The notes under the pieces were generated by a model. That model was not told the origin of the DNA and made no database searches. It saw only the letters and a list, made by a program, of their open reading frames with translations. A program made the position numbers and the translations under genes. A DNA stretch of 25,481 nt from positions 1 to 25,481 of the IMG/VR virus record IMGVR_UViG_3300032218_002669. One strand, given 5' to 3'. Source of the stretch: a virus (taxonomy: Duplodnaviria; Caudoviricetes). Of the stretch, positions 9,048-17,412 are shown in pieces (the stretch's first letter is position 1; the number at the start of each line of letters is the position of its first letter).

Positions 9048-9778
9048 TATCCGAAAAAACTTGATAACCCCTCAAGAACTACATCACTTTCAATTCCAGT
9101 TTTTGGATTCTTAACAGTTAATGTATGTGAAAGTTTGGGCATAGTATCAAAGAATCTTTCAATTCCTTTGAATTGATTAGCATCAAATGTTTCTAACCAC
9201 TCTACAAGTTCTTTTTTAGTTACATCTCCAGCAGACCAAGATTCATTTGCAGTATAAACCATATCAACACAAGATGCTACAACATCAAAAGATTTGTTAA
9301 TGGTTTCTTCGCTATTATTTGTTTTAGTGAAATCAAAGTTATTATCAATAAATTCTTGAAGTGAAGGATACTTCATCTTAAGAGTAATGGTATCATCAAT
9401 TTTAATTTCAGAAGTATGTCCTTCAGGAATAACTACTTGAATTTCATCAACATAAACAGTTGCATCAACTTGTGTTTCTCCATCATCAGGGCAGGTGATA
9501 ATAAGGTCTACGGATTCACCTACTGATTTTGCTCTGATATTTAAAAACAAATATTCAATATCAAAACTTGGAAGTGAATCAATTTTAATTCCTCTGGTCA
9601 AAATACAGTTCTTTAATACATCTTTAACTGCATTTGTGATTTGAGTTGTATCACCACTTTCCATAGCAATAATTAAAACCTTTTCTTCCTTAACGAGGAA
9701 AGGTCTGTATTTGATTTGTTTTTTGTTTGATGGAAGTGTCAACTCAAAAGTTGGAGTTACAATCTTAGGTAAAGGCAT
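9047..9778 (-). CDS. gp26: baseplate hub subunit gp26
   Basis: MPLPKI.TP.FELTLPS..IKYRPFLVKEEK..FDIEYLFLNIRAKSVGE..FFDTMPKL..LEGLSSFF. Confidence 0.93.
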   Translation of the reverse strand: MPLPKIVTPTFELTLPSNKKQIKYRPFLVKEEKVLIIAMESGDTTQITNAVKDVLKNCILTRGIKIDSLPSFDIEYLFLNIRAKSVGESVDLIITCPDDGETQVDATVYVDEIQVVIPEGHTSEIKIDDTITLKMKYPSLQEFIDNNFDFTKTNNSEETINKSFDVVASCVDMVYTANESWSAGDVTKKELVEWLETFDANQFKGIERFFDTMPKLSHTLTVKNPKTGIESDVVLEGLSSFFG

Positions 9779-9804
9779 AATATCCTATAAAGTTCAGATG
9801 TGAT

Positions 9805-9811
9805 TATTTAT
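9805..9811 (-). promoter_or_regulatory. T4-type late promoter (ATAAATA)
   Basis: ATAAATA on the minus strand about 27 nt upstream of the gp26 ATG, overlapping the previous stop codon. Confidence 0.65.
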
Positions 9812-10464
9812 TGCTCAACAAAAACACCTGAGTGGTTTTGTAAATAGTATCTATCATAATTAAATGTAATAGACATTCTCAATACAGATGATTGATCATA
9901 TGATACTGGAATTGCACTGACAGTAGTTGGATATGCATTAATTAAAGTATATGTAATTGAAGTTGGATTATTAATTGCTCCACCAAAAGTTAATCTTTGA
10001 CTTGGTGATCTAAGATTTCTTTCATACTTTACTATATTAATATTTTTTTTATAAGTATTTGGATACTTAAATTTAAAATAATTATTTGATTGCAAATCTC
10101 CATTTCTTTGTAATGGAGAAATATCTTTAATCCATTTATCAAAATAATTTATAGTTTGATAACTTGATTGGATATAAAAACTAATATCTACTGGAGAAAA
10201 TGTTCTTTGGTTAGCAAAGGTTTCCGTTACCCCTTGTCTATCTCCAAAAACTGATGTTGTTTGAAATGAAGTTCCTGGCAAAGATGCTTCATAAGCCAAC
10301 AATGAAATACTATCAGCACCAGTAGTATTAGAATTGTCTTTGATATTCACTGCAAATGTAGATGATAACGATAAAGATCCTAAAATATTATAAATTACAT
10401 CATCAGTATATTTGTTATAAAGATCTTTATTTACATATGAACTATTTGGAGTAATAGAAGCCAT
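9808..10464 (-). CDS. baseplate tail-tube initiator / tail-tube-fold protein (gp54-like)
   Basis: EASLPG.S, F..W, YP..YK..I.I.KYE, YTLINAYP.TVSAIPVSY..S.VLRMSITFNYDRY. Divergent from gp4 as in T4-like cyanophages. Confidence 0.7.
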   Translation of the reverse strand: MASITPNSSYVNKDLYNKYTDDVIYNILGSLSLSSTFAVNIKDNSNTTGADSISLLAYEASLPGTSFQTTSVFGDRQGVTETFANQRTFSPVDISFYIQSSYQTINYFDKWIKDISPLQRNGDLQSNNYFKFKYPNTYKKNINIVKYERNLRSPSQRLTFGGAINNPTSITYTLINAYPTTVSAIPVSYDQSSVLRMSITFNYDRYYLQNHSGVFVEQ

Positions 10465-10495
10465 CTAAATATCTAAAGTGCCTATAATATATGTA
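10465..10495. promoter_or_regulatory. divergent late-promoter region
   Basis: Plus strand CTAAATA (10465-10471) upstream of gp4. Minus strand has only the variant ATACATA (10495-10489) upstream of the gp54-like gene. The intergenic gap is 30 nt. Confidence 0.5.
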
Positions 10496-10929
10496 TGAGT
10501 TATAAGGGTATCTATAAACCAGAACATCCACAAAAGTATATTGGAGACCCAAAGAATATCATTTATAGGTCACTTTGGGAGCGCAAGTTCATGCACTATT
10601 GTGATATAAATGAAAATATAATGAAGTGGGCAAGTGAGGAAATATGGATACCTTACCTATCTCCATTAGATAAAAGAGTGCACAAATATTTTCCTGATTT
10701 TTATATTAAATACAAAGATGCCTCTGGTTCTATTAAAGAAAGTTTGATTGAAATCAAACCTAAAAGACAAGTGACTGGTCCTAAAGCTGGCAAAAGAGTA
10801 ACTCAAAAACAAATGTATGAGATAAAAGAGTTTGCTAAAAACCAGGCAAAGTGGAAAGCAGCAGAAGAGTTTTGTGCAGATAGAAGGTGGGAATTTCAAA
10901 TCCTAACGGAGGATAACCTTGGCGTATAA
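10495..10929 (+). CDS. gp4: head completion nuclease gp4
   Basis: YKGIYKP.HPQKYIGDPKNIIYRSLWERKFM..WASEEI.IPY.SP.D..H.YFPDF..EIKP..NQAKWKAA..F.ILTE. Confidence 0.93.
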   Translation: MSYKGIYKPEHPQKYIGDPKNIIYRSLWERKFMHYCDINENIMKWASEEIWIPYLSPLDKRVHKYFPDFYIKYKDASGSIKESLIEIKPKRQVTGPKAGKRVTQKQMYEIKEFAKNQAKWKAAEEFCADRRWEFQILTEDNLGV

Positions 10930-11458
10930 AACTATCTTCGAAGAAATACAAGAAAAAACTGGTGGTAAACAACAATCCAGAGAATGGTATAGAAGAGAAT
11001 TAGAAAATTCATCACCAAAAAATATTATAACTGATGAAAAATCAGATGAAGTTGGTGATGAATTGGAACGAGATGCAAATAAACTTACAACTTTTCCGAG
11101 ATTATTCAACCTAATGTATTATGATTACAAAGCAAAGACACGAAGAGACCTTCCATTCTATGATAAGCATCCTTTAGCATTTGTTTTAGAGGTTGATTCA
11201 AAATCATTCTTTGCTGTAAATCTACATTACTATTCTCCAGAAGAAAGGATGGGTCTTATTGCAAGTTTAGCAGCAGATAAAATACCAAAGTTTCGTAAAG
11301 GAGCACATAAATACTTAATATCAGAAGTAAGAAGTCCTTACTTAATATTAGCACAGCAAGAATGGCAAACTATGTGTCTATTACCAGTAGAGGAATTTGT
11401 AAGGGACTTGGGTGGGGTAGAGATACCAATCCGTTCAGACAAGGTGTGGGGTAGATAG
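10919..11458 (+). CDS. gp2: DNA end protector protein gp2
   Basis: Y.AKT..LPFYDKHPL, NLHYY.P, HKYL.SEVRS, LLPVEEF motifs. TTG start with GGAGG Shine-Dalgarno upstream. Confidence 0.8.
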   Translation: MAYKTIFEEIQEKTGGKQQSREWYRRELENSSPKNIITDEKSDEVGDELERDANKLTTFPRLFNLMYYDYKAKTRRDLPFYDKHPLAFVLEVDSKSFFAVNLHYYSPEERMGLIASLAADKIPKFRKGAHKYLISEVRSPYLILAQQEWQTMCLLPVEEFVRDLGGVEIPIRSDKVWGR

Positions 11459-12895
11459 ATGGCAATTTACGATAGTAAAACTATTCTTGGAGCATCTAAA
11501 GGAATTTTTGATATAGGTGGAGTTAAATATAGCACTCAAATTGATACTAGTAATCATACTAATAATGTAACTCTAAATGGTCCAGATGGAAGACCCGTGA
11601 TGTATTATAATACATCAAACAAAACTTGGACACAATCAAATCAAAATACTCCTCAAGCAGTAATAGATGCAGTGAAAACTGGAAACCAATTAGCAACTGA
11701 TATAACAAATACTACAGCTCAGACTACATACCTAGGTCAAGGGGGCAATGCTGGGGGGGGATGGGCACAAGTAGAACTAACAACTGGAGGAATAAAAAAA
11801 CCTGGAACTGGAACAACTCCAACAGTTACTGCACCAAGTCAAGGATTAAATCCTAATGATCCTGGAAATAATCCAGCAAATAATCCAAATAATCAACCAA
11901 TACTTGGCGATAATATTGAAAGTATGGTTGGAGAATTTGGTCAAGATGATTATACTAAAGTTCAAAAATTTTTATACTATCCTTTAGATATTAATGATTC
12001 TAAACAAGATAAAGTAGTAATATCACAATTTCAATATGTTGTTGGGGACATTAAAAATGCTATCACTGGTTCTTTATTAAATAGAGAATCACAACTATCT
12101 CAACAAAAACAATTAACAGGAACTGTTGTTCTTCCTATAACTAATAATTTAACAGAAACTAATGCTACTGGATGGGGAGAATCTAGATTATCATCAATTG
12201 CTGCTGGATTAATGGGAGCAGGTGCCCAATTTGCAGGAGATGTTGGAAGTGGCAATTTAATAAATGCTACAACAGGAGCCTTTAATCGTATTGGAGAAAT
12301 AATAAAAGATGAGGGAGTATCTACTAGAGCAAAACAATATTTTACATCCAGATTTTCTGCATCATTAATTCAAAAACTTGGAATACAAATTGACCCAGAA
12401 GCATATATTACAAGAGCAACTGGAGCAGTTATAAATCCAAATTTAGAACTTCTATTTAATGGACCAACTTTAAGGTCTTTTGGTCTTGCATTTAAAATGT
12501 CTCCAAGAAGTGAAAAAGAAGCAAAAAATATAAGAACAATAATTAAATTCTTTAAAAAAGGTATGGCTCCTAGAAAAGCAAAAGACGGTAATGGAGTATT
12601 TTTGGGAACTCCCCATATTTTTAATATATCATTTAGGTCGGGATCTGGAGAACAAATTGCTAGTATAGGAGAATTTAAAACTTGTGCTTTGGTTAGATGT
12701 GAAGTTAATTATACACCTGATGGATTCTATGCAGCATATCAAGATTCTCTAGTTTCTGGTGGGTCCCAACCAATTGCATTAACTCTTCAATTGGGATTTG
12801 CTGAATTGACTCCAATATTTAGTGATGAATATGATTTAACTTTAGATAGTGTTGGTCCAGATTTAAAATTAGCACCAACAAATATAGGCAAATAA
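11459..12895 (+). CDS. gp48: baseplate tail tube cap gp48 with N-terminal extension
   Basis: LYYPLD, VVLPI..L.ETN.TGW, NPNLELLFNGPTLRSF..F.MSPRSEKEA..I..IIKFFK, VNYTPDG, L.F.ELTPI. Confidence 0.88.
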   Translation: MAIYDSKTILGASKGIFDIGGVKYSTQIDTSNHTNNVTLNGPDGRPVMYYNTSNKTWTQSNQNTPQAVIDAVKTGNQLATDITNTTAQTTYLGQGGNAGGGWAQVELTTGGIKKPGTGTTPTVTAPSQGLNPNDPGNNPANNPNNQPILGDNIESMVGEFGQDDYTKVQKFLYYPLDINDSKQDKVVISQFQYVVGDIKNAITGSLLNRESQLSQQKQLTGTVVLPITNNLTETNATGWGESRLSSIAAGLMGAGAQFAGDVGSGNLINATTGAFNRIGEIIKDEGVSTRAKQYFTSRFSASLIQKLGIQIDPEAYITRATGAVINPNLELLFNGPTLRSFGLAFKMSPRSEKEAKNIRTIIKFFKKGMAPRKAKDGNGVFLGTPHIFNISFRSGSGEQIASIGEFKTCALVRCEVNYTPDGFYAAYQDSLVSGGSQPIALTLQLGFAELTPIFSDEYDLTLDSVGPDLKLAPTNIGK

Positions 12896-12899
12896 AACT

Positions 12900-13553
12900 A
12901 TGACATATTTCAGAGAAGTATCGGACTTACTTTACCAGTCCCAACAACCAAACAGAAACTCTTCTTATGATTATGTAAGAGTCAAGAATCTATTTCGTAG
13001 AGCAAAGATTCGTGATGACTTCTTTCAAAATGTTACTGCCTTCACCAAGTATAAGATTATAGGTGAAGAAAGACCAGAACAAATAGCAGAAAAACTTTAT
13101 GGTAGTTCTACCTATGATTGGGTAGTTCTTATCTCAAATAATATTATTAATCTAAGAACTGAATGGCCTTTATCTGATGGTGAGTTTTCTGAATACTTAG
13201 AAAGAAAATATACTCAAGCAGAACTTGATGCACCTCATCATTATGAAACAACAGCAGTTATAGATTCAAAAGGAAAACTTATACTACCTGCTGGTAAGAT
13301 TGTAGATTCAAACTTTTCTATAACCTATTATGATCAAGTATCAATAACTGTAACACCAGTAAAAATGGTAAGTGTTTATGAATATGAAATCCAACAGAAT
13401 GATAAGAAAAGAAATATCTATGTGTTAAGAAACAGATACTTACAAACTGCTATTGATGATATGAAGAGGATTATGTCTTATGGATTCTCCTCACAGTATG
13501 TAAATGATTCCACTAAAAAGGGGGAGAGTTTAAGAGTCCTCTCCCCCAGATAA
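12900..13553 (+). CDS. gp53: baseplate wedge subunit gp53
   Basis: YFR..DLLY, VKNLFRR.KIR, ERPEQIAEKLYGS..YDWVVLISNNI..EWPL, HHYET, YEYE..ND.KR.I.VL. Confidence 0.9.
   Translation: MTYFREVSDLLYQSQQPNRNSSYDYVRVKNLFRRAKIRDDFFQNVTAFTKYKIIGEERPEQIAEKLYGSSTYDWVVLISNNIINLRTEWPLSDGEFSEYLERKYTQAELDAPHHYETTAVIDSKGKLILPAGKIVDSNFSITYYDQVSITVTPVKMVSVYEYEIQQNDKKRNIYVLRNRYLQTAIDDMKRIMSYGFSSQYVNDSTKKGESLRVLSPR
13515..13547 (-). terminator. intrinsic terminator for gp32, located inside the gp53 coding sequence
   Basis: Minus strand GGGGGAGAG-(10 nt)-CTCTCCCCC-TTTTT, beginning 6 nt after the gp32 stop. Confidence 0.8.
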
Positions 13554-14447
13554 TCACTCCTCAGCCAATCGCTGGAAGTAACTCAAGGTATCATCTTCAT
13601 CTTCATCCACTGAAGGTTTAGAGATAGTGAATGATGGTTCCTTCTTAGGAGGAGCAGAGAACTCTTCCTCATCCTCAAAGGATTCATCAACCTTAGGTTG
13701 TGCTTTGGGTTTACCCAGAACTGCTTTCAAACGAGTATCAAGTTGTTCATAGGTCTTCATAGATTCTGGATTAGTAAACTCTGCAAGAGAGTATGCTTTT
13801 TTCCAGATTCCTTCAAGCACATCATCATCAAAATCACCAAGTGTTCCAGGAGATTCAAACTCTGATTTATCATAGTTCCAGTAACCATCCTTCTTAGTAA
13901 TCTTTACCTTGAAGTTAGCACCTTGCCAGAAATCAAAAGGATTGATTGGAGTTTCATCTTCAAACTCTGGTTGCATAGCAGCCATAATCTTATCGAAGAT
14001 TTTCTTCCCATACTTATAAAGGAACACACGACCTTCATTTTCAGGATGTGCCTTATCACTCACAACATAGATGTTTGAATAGTAAGACAGTTTGCGCTTA
14101 CGCTCACGAACAATTTCTTGATTTGCTTTACTACCTGTGTTCCACAACTCACGGTTTGCTTCACACACAGGGCAGTTCTGATTAACTGTAGTCAGGCAGT
14201 TATCAATAAACCACCCACCAGTACCTTGGAATGCATGAGTATACACCTTTGCCCAGGGAAGGTCTTCACCTTCTGGTGCAGTAAGAAAGCGAATAACAGC
14301 AAAACCATTACCTGCTTTATCTACCTCAGGTTTCCACAGACGATCATCTGCAGAACCACTGGATGTATTCATCTTCTCAACTTCTTGAACCAGTTTAGAA
14401 GTCAGAGAACCAAGACTGGATTTCTTTTTAAGGTCTGAAAAAGACAT
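13554..14447 (-). CDS. gp32: single-stranded DNA-binding protein gp32
   Basis: DDRLWKP..DKAGNGFAVIRFL, HAFQ..GGWFIDNCLTT..CPVC, YKYGKKIFDK, NPFDFWQGANF, NYDKSEF and an acidic tail. Confidence 0.97.
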   Translation of the reverse strand: MSFSDLKKKSSLGSLTSKLVQEVEKMNTSSGSADDRLWKPEVDKAGNGFAVIRFLTAPEGEDLPWAKVYTHAFQGTGGWFIDNCLTTVNQNCPVCEANRELWNTGSKANQEIVRERKRKLSYYSNIYVVSDKAHPENEGRVFLYKYGKKIFDKIMAAMQPEFEDETPINPFDFWQGANFKVKITKKDGYWNYDKSEFESPGTLGDFDDDVLEGIWKKAYSLAEFTNPESMKTYEQLDTRLKAVLGKPKAQPKVDESFEDEEEFSAPPKKEPSFTISKPSVDEDEDDTLSYFQRLAEE

Positions 14448-14495
14448 TAGATTACCTCGGATTAATAGGATTGGTAGGATTGATTATCCACAGAC

Positions 14496-14524
14496 ATCAT
14501 AACAAAGCAGAGGTTATTTGTCAA
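14496..14524 (-). promoter_or_regulatory. near-consensus sigma70-type promoter of gp32
   Basis: TTGACA (14524-14519), 17 nt, TATGAT (14501-14496), with extended TG. Confidence 0.8.
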
Positions 14525-14533
14525 CCTCTGCTT
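14505..14533 (-). terminator. 11-bp hairpin at the end of the upstream gene, overlapping the gp32 -35 box
   Basis: AAGCAGAGGTT-GACAAAT-AACCTCTGCTT followed by TGTT (weak U tract). Confidence 0.5.
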
Positions 14534-14849
14534 CTCTTTTTAATCTCTGAATAACCTTGTTCATATTTTCAAAAATAACAGACATATTACCAGCATCCCC
14601 ATATCCAAGAAGCTTTGAAGATTCCAAAATACGTTCCTTCATTTCAATTGCTTCTGGGTCATCTGATAAACTTACTCTTGTATATAATATCTTTTGCTTC
14701 TCTAAAAGTTCAGACAGAAGATTAACATGCTCTAACTTTTCTACCTTAGACATTATAGGCAATCTCAATACGCTTCTTGTCAATTGCCTTTGAAGATTTT
14801 CTATACTCTTCAATTCTTTTTTAACTATCTCAGAATCAAAGAACGACAT
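14514..14849 (-). CDS. conserved cyanophage/cyanobacterial hypothetical protein (DUF1825-like)
   Basis: MSFFDSEIV and LLEKQKILYTRVSLSDDPEA motifs; usual position between gp59 and gp32. Confidence 0.75.
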   Translation of the reverse strand: MSFFDSEIVKKELKSIENLQRQLTRSVLRLPIMSKVEKLEHVNLLSELLEKQKILYTRVSLSDDPEAIEMKERILESSKLLGYGDAGNMSVIFENMNKVIQRLKREAEVDK

Positions 14850-14858
14850 ATGCCTCTC

Positions 14859-15443
14859 CTACACAATATTTCTTAAAACTTTTTTGTAATCCTCTACATC
14901 AATATTTAGGAATGGAGAATATTTTTGTATCTTTAGTGACACTAATTCCCATACAGGGTCTAAAAGTTTTTTATCAAAATTGTTCCTGAACAGGAATATT
15001 TTATCCCAAATGACCAGTGTTTCTATACTAATCTTCCCGCTCAGGAACATTTTAAGAACAGGTGGATGTTGTCTTGAAGCATCAAGAAGTTCATTTAAGT
15101 TGCTTTCAGACAACATCTCTTCTGACTGTTGCTTAAACAAATACTTTAAACTTTGTTGTCTCTTCTGCCATTCTTTGTAACAAGTATCTCCATCTCTTAT
15201 AACATTCCCAATCCATACACTTGATGAATCATCTGCTGCTACTAAGTTAGCAACAAAGAACTCTTTGATTTCATTATCATTCTTTTGCCTACTGATTCTT
15301 TCAAACCAATACTTATCTTTACGCTTTTCAAATGATGCTACTGATGCTCTTGACTTACCTGCATATTTAAAATAATCATAGTTTGATTTACTAAAATGAT
15401 TTTTCAATGCAAGGTAAGTTTTGTAAGCATCAAATGGGGTCAT
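14859..15443 (-). CDS. gp59: helicase loader gp59
   Basis: YKTYLALKNHF..YDYFKY.GK, SFEKRKDKYWFE, HPP.LK..L..IS.ETLVI, KY.PFL. Confidence 0.9.
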   Translation of the reverse strand: MTPFDAYKTYLALKNHFSKSNYDYFKYAGKSRASVASFEKRKDKYWFERISRQKNDNEIKEFFVANLVAADDSSSVWIGNVIRDGDTCYKEWQKRQQSLKYLFKQQSEEMLSESNLNELLDASRQHPPVLKMFLSGKISIETLVIWDKIFLFRNNFDKKLLDPVWELVSLKIQKYSPFLNIDVEDYKKVLRNIV

Positions 15444-15697
15444 ATCAAAAGTTTAGCTCTGGATGTTCTTTTTAAAAAATTTAAATTAACAGCATCACAC
15501 TTAAGTTTTTCTTTGAGTGGTTTGCTAATAAGTTTACTGACTGAATCTACTTCCAATCCATTCTCTTCGCAATAATGCACTATAGCATCAATATAGTTCA
15601 TGTCTTCGTTATTCTTTACTAAATCTTCAATTAGTTGTGAAAATTTTGCCTGACATAAAAACTTTGAGTCCAATGCATTCTTTAATTTAGTTTCCAT
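15440..15697 (-). CDS. gp33: late transcription co-activator gp33
   Basis: FSQLIEDLV..MNYIDAIVHYCEENGLEVDSVSKLISKPLKEKLK.DA..LNFLK. Confidence 0.92.
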   Translation of the reverse strand: METKLKNALDSKFLCQAKFSQLIEDLVKNNEDMNYIDAIVHYCEENGLEVDSVSKLISKPLKEKLKCDAVNLNFLKRTSRAKLLI

Positions 15698-16367
15698 ATT
15701 CTTTTAATTTGTGTTGGATGAAATCTTTAATGTATCCATTAAGTAACTTAATATACTTCATTTTATCATACTCTTCATAGACAACGCAATCCCCATCTTC
15801 ACAAGCCATAAGAATGACAAGTTTTTTAACAGGAATATTAGTTAACTCATAAAACATACAAGCATAGGCTGCTGCCTGAACAAAATAATGTTCAATCCAA
15901 TCTTTGGGTTTTGCTTTCTTTGATGTCTTGAAATCTATGATAGAAAGTTCACCATTATATTCTGCAATACAATCTACAGTACCTGCAATACCAAGAACTT
16001 TACTATAAAGTGCACCTTCTAATGCATAGATATTATTTATTTTATTTAATTCTGGTTTAGCAATCTTAAATAAAGTTTCTGAAAGGGGTTGAACTTTGGG
16101 AAGTTCTGGAATATTAAGAAGATAATTTTCAGTTAAAGTATGCATATCAGTCCCACGACTGGTTGCTTGTTTATTAACTCTATTTGCTTCTGCTTCTCCT
16201 ACTTTCTTTCGCCACTTCTCAAAGATGTGTCTGTTATGAAAACTTGTAACTGATGTAATAGAAACTAACCTGGAAAGGTTATCCTCTCCAGGTACTTTGT
16301 AATATCTTACTCCATCAATTTCTTCCCTTTCAAGTTTAGGAAGAGAAATATCAATATGATTAAACAT
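15687..16367 (-). CDS. PD-(D/E)XK exonuclease (RecB-like)
   Basis: SITSV, WRKKVGEAEAN, RGTDMH, AGTVDCIAEY.GELSIIDFKTS, YFVQ..AY. Confidence 0.88.
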   Translation of the reverse strand: MFNHIDISLPKLEREEIDGVRYYKVPGEDNLSRLVSITSVTSFHNRHIFEKWRKKVGEAEANRVNKQATSRGTDMHTLTENYLLNIPELPKVQPLSETLFKIAKPELNKINNIYALEGALYSKVLGIAGTVDCIAEYNGELSIIDFKTSKKAKPKDWIEHYFVQAAAYACMFYELTNIPVKKLVILMACEDGDCVVYEEYDKMKYIKLLNGYIKDFIQHKLKEYGN

Positions 16368-17131
16368 TAAAAACCAGCTGCTATTTTATTGACAATATAA
16401 GATTTAACTAATCCAGACCTAACAATATCTTCAACGCCAAATTCAATAGATTCAAATTCAGGCATTCTTTGAATGATTTTCATAAAGTTGAGAATACCAT
16501 CCCTCTCATTATTTCTAGTTAAATCTGATTGAGTAGCATCTCCACAGAACATAATCTTAGAGTTGTCACCAACCCTTGTAATTATACTATCAAGTTCATG
16601 GAAATTCAAGTTCTGACATTCATCAACAATAATAATAGAGTTGTCTAAAGTAGTACCTCTAATGAATGATGTGCTCCAAAACTTAATGCTTTCTTGTGCT
16701 TTAAGATTTCCATAAAGCATTTCAAATTCTGCATCAGAGTTAAGTTCAAACATATACCTTACCATATTCTTATAAGGAATTTGATAAAGGCTTGACTTAT
16801 CTTCATGGTCTCCAGGAAGGAAACCAATCTCTCTTGTAGCAACAAGTGATCTAACAATAACTACTTTGTCATAAGGAGTTAATTCATCCAAAACATCTTT
16901 AAGTGCAAGGTACAAAGCACAGAATGTCTTACCAGTACCTGCACATCCATAAACAAATAGATGTTTGTCTAAATCATAAGCATCAAATAAAATTGTTTGA
17001 TTTTTAGTTAATGGTTGAATATCAACTAAACTATCAGCATTAATTGGTTTTCTTTTTTTCTTACTTTTATTTCCAGTAGTACCAATTCCAATAGGAGTTT
17101 CTCCTGTGTTCCTTCTTCTGTTTCTTGACAT
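16367..17131 (-). CDS. phoH: PhoH family ATPase
   Basis: Walker A GCAGTGKT, REIGFLPG, FIRGTTL, IIVDECQN, GDATQSDL, EDIVRSGLV. Confidence 0.95.
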   Translation of the reverse strand: MSRNRRRNTGETPIGIGTTGNKSKKKRKPINADSLVDIQPLTKNQTILFDAYDLDKHLFVYGCAGTGKTFCALYLALKDVLDELTPYDKVVIVRSLVATREIGFLPGDHEDKSSLYQIPYKNMVRYMFELNSDAEFEMLYGNLKAQESIKFWSTSFIRGTTLDNSIIIVDECQNLNFHELDSIITRVGDNSKIMFCGDATQSDLTRNNERDGILNFMKIIQRMPEFESIEFGVEDIVRSGLVKSYIVNKIAAGF

Positions 17132-17140
17132 GTTTTTATG

Positions 17141-17383
17141 TTAGATTTTTTTTACTCTTGAACCAGGCATTTTAGCAGCACGACCTAATACATCATTCCA
17201 TCCGGGATTTTTAGCAACTAGTTTATCTTTCCACTCACCAACTTCTCCAGGAGTTGCACATCCTTGAGACCAATCTCTTTGCCACTCTGGATTGTTAGTA
17301 TACCATTCAGTAATATCATGAACACTCATTTCAATTACTTTAGTTTCTCCAGTTTCCTTGTGTATAATCGGATAGATTGCCAT
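17141..17383 (-). CDS. conserved cyanophage hypothetical protein
   Basis: MAIYPII.KETGE..NPEWQRDWSQGCA.PGEVGEWKDKL..PGWNDVL. Usual position between thyX and phoH. Confidence 0.75.
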   Translation of the reverse strand: MAIYPIIHKETGETKVIEMSVHDITEWYTNNPEWQRDWSQGCATPGEVGEWKDKLVAKNPGWNDVLGRAAKMPGSRVKKI

Positions 17384-17405
17384 AAGTTATAATGATTTAC
17401 AAAAA

Positions 17406-17412
17406 TATTTAT
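17406..17412 (-). promoter_or_regulatory. T4-type late promoter (ATAAATA)
   Basis: ATAAATA overlapping the thyX stop codon, about 23 nt upstream of the next ATG. Confidence 0.55.

Noticed and set aside
15687-16367. Possible Cas4/CRISPR-associated nuclease
   Set aside because: No four-Cys Fe-S pattern and no array in the window. It is the standard cyanophage exonuclease next to phoH and gp33.
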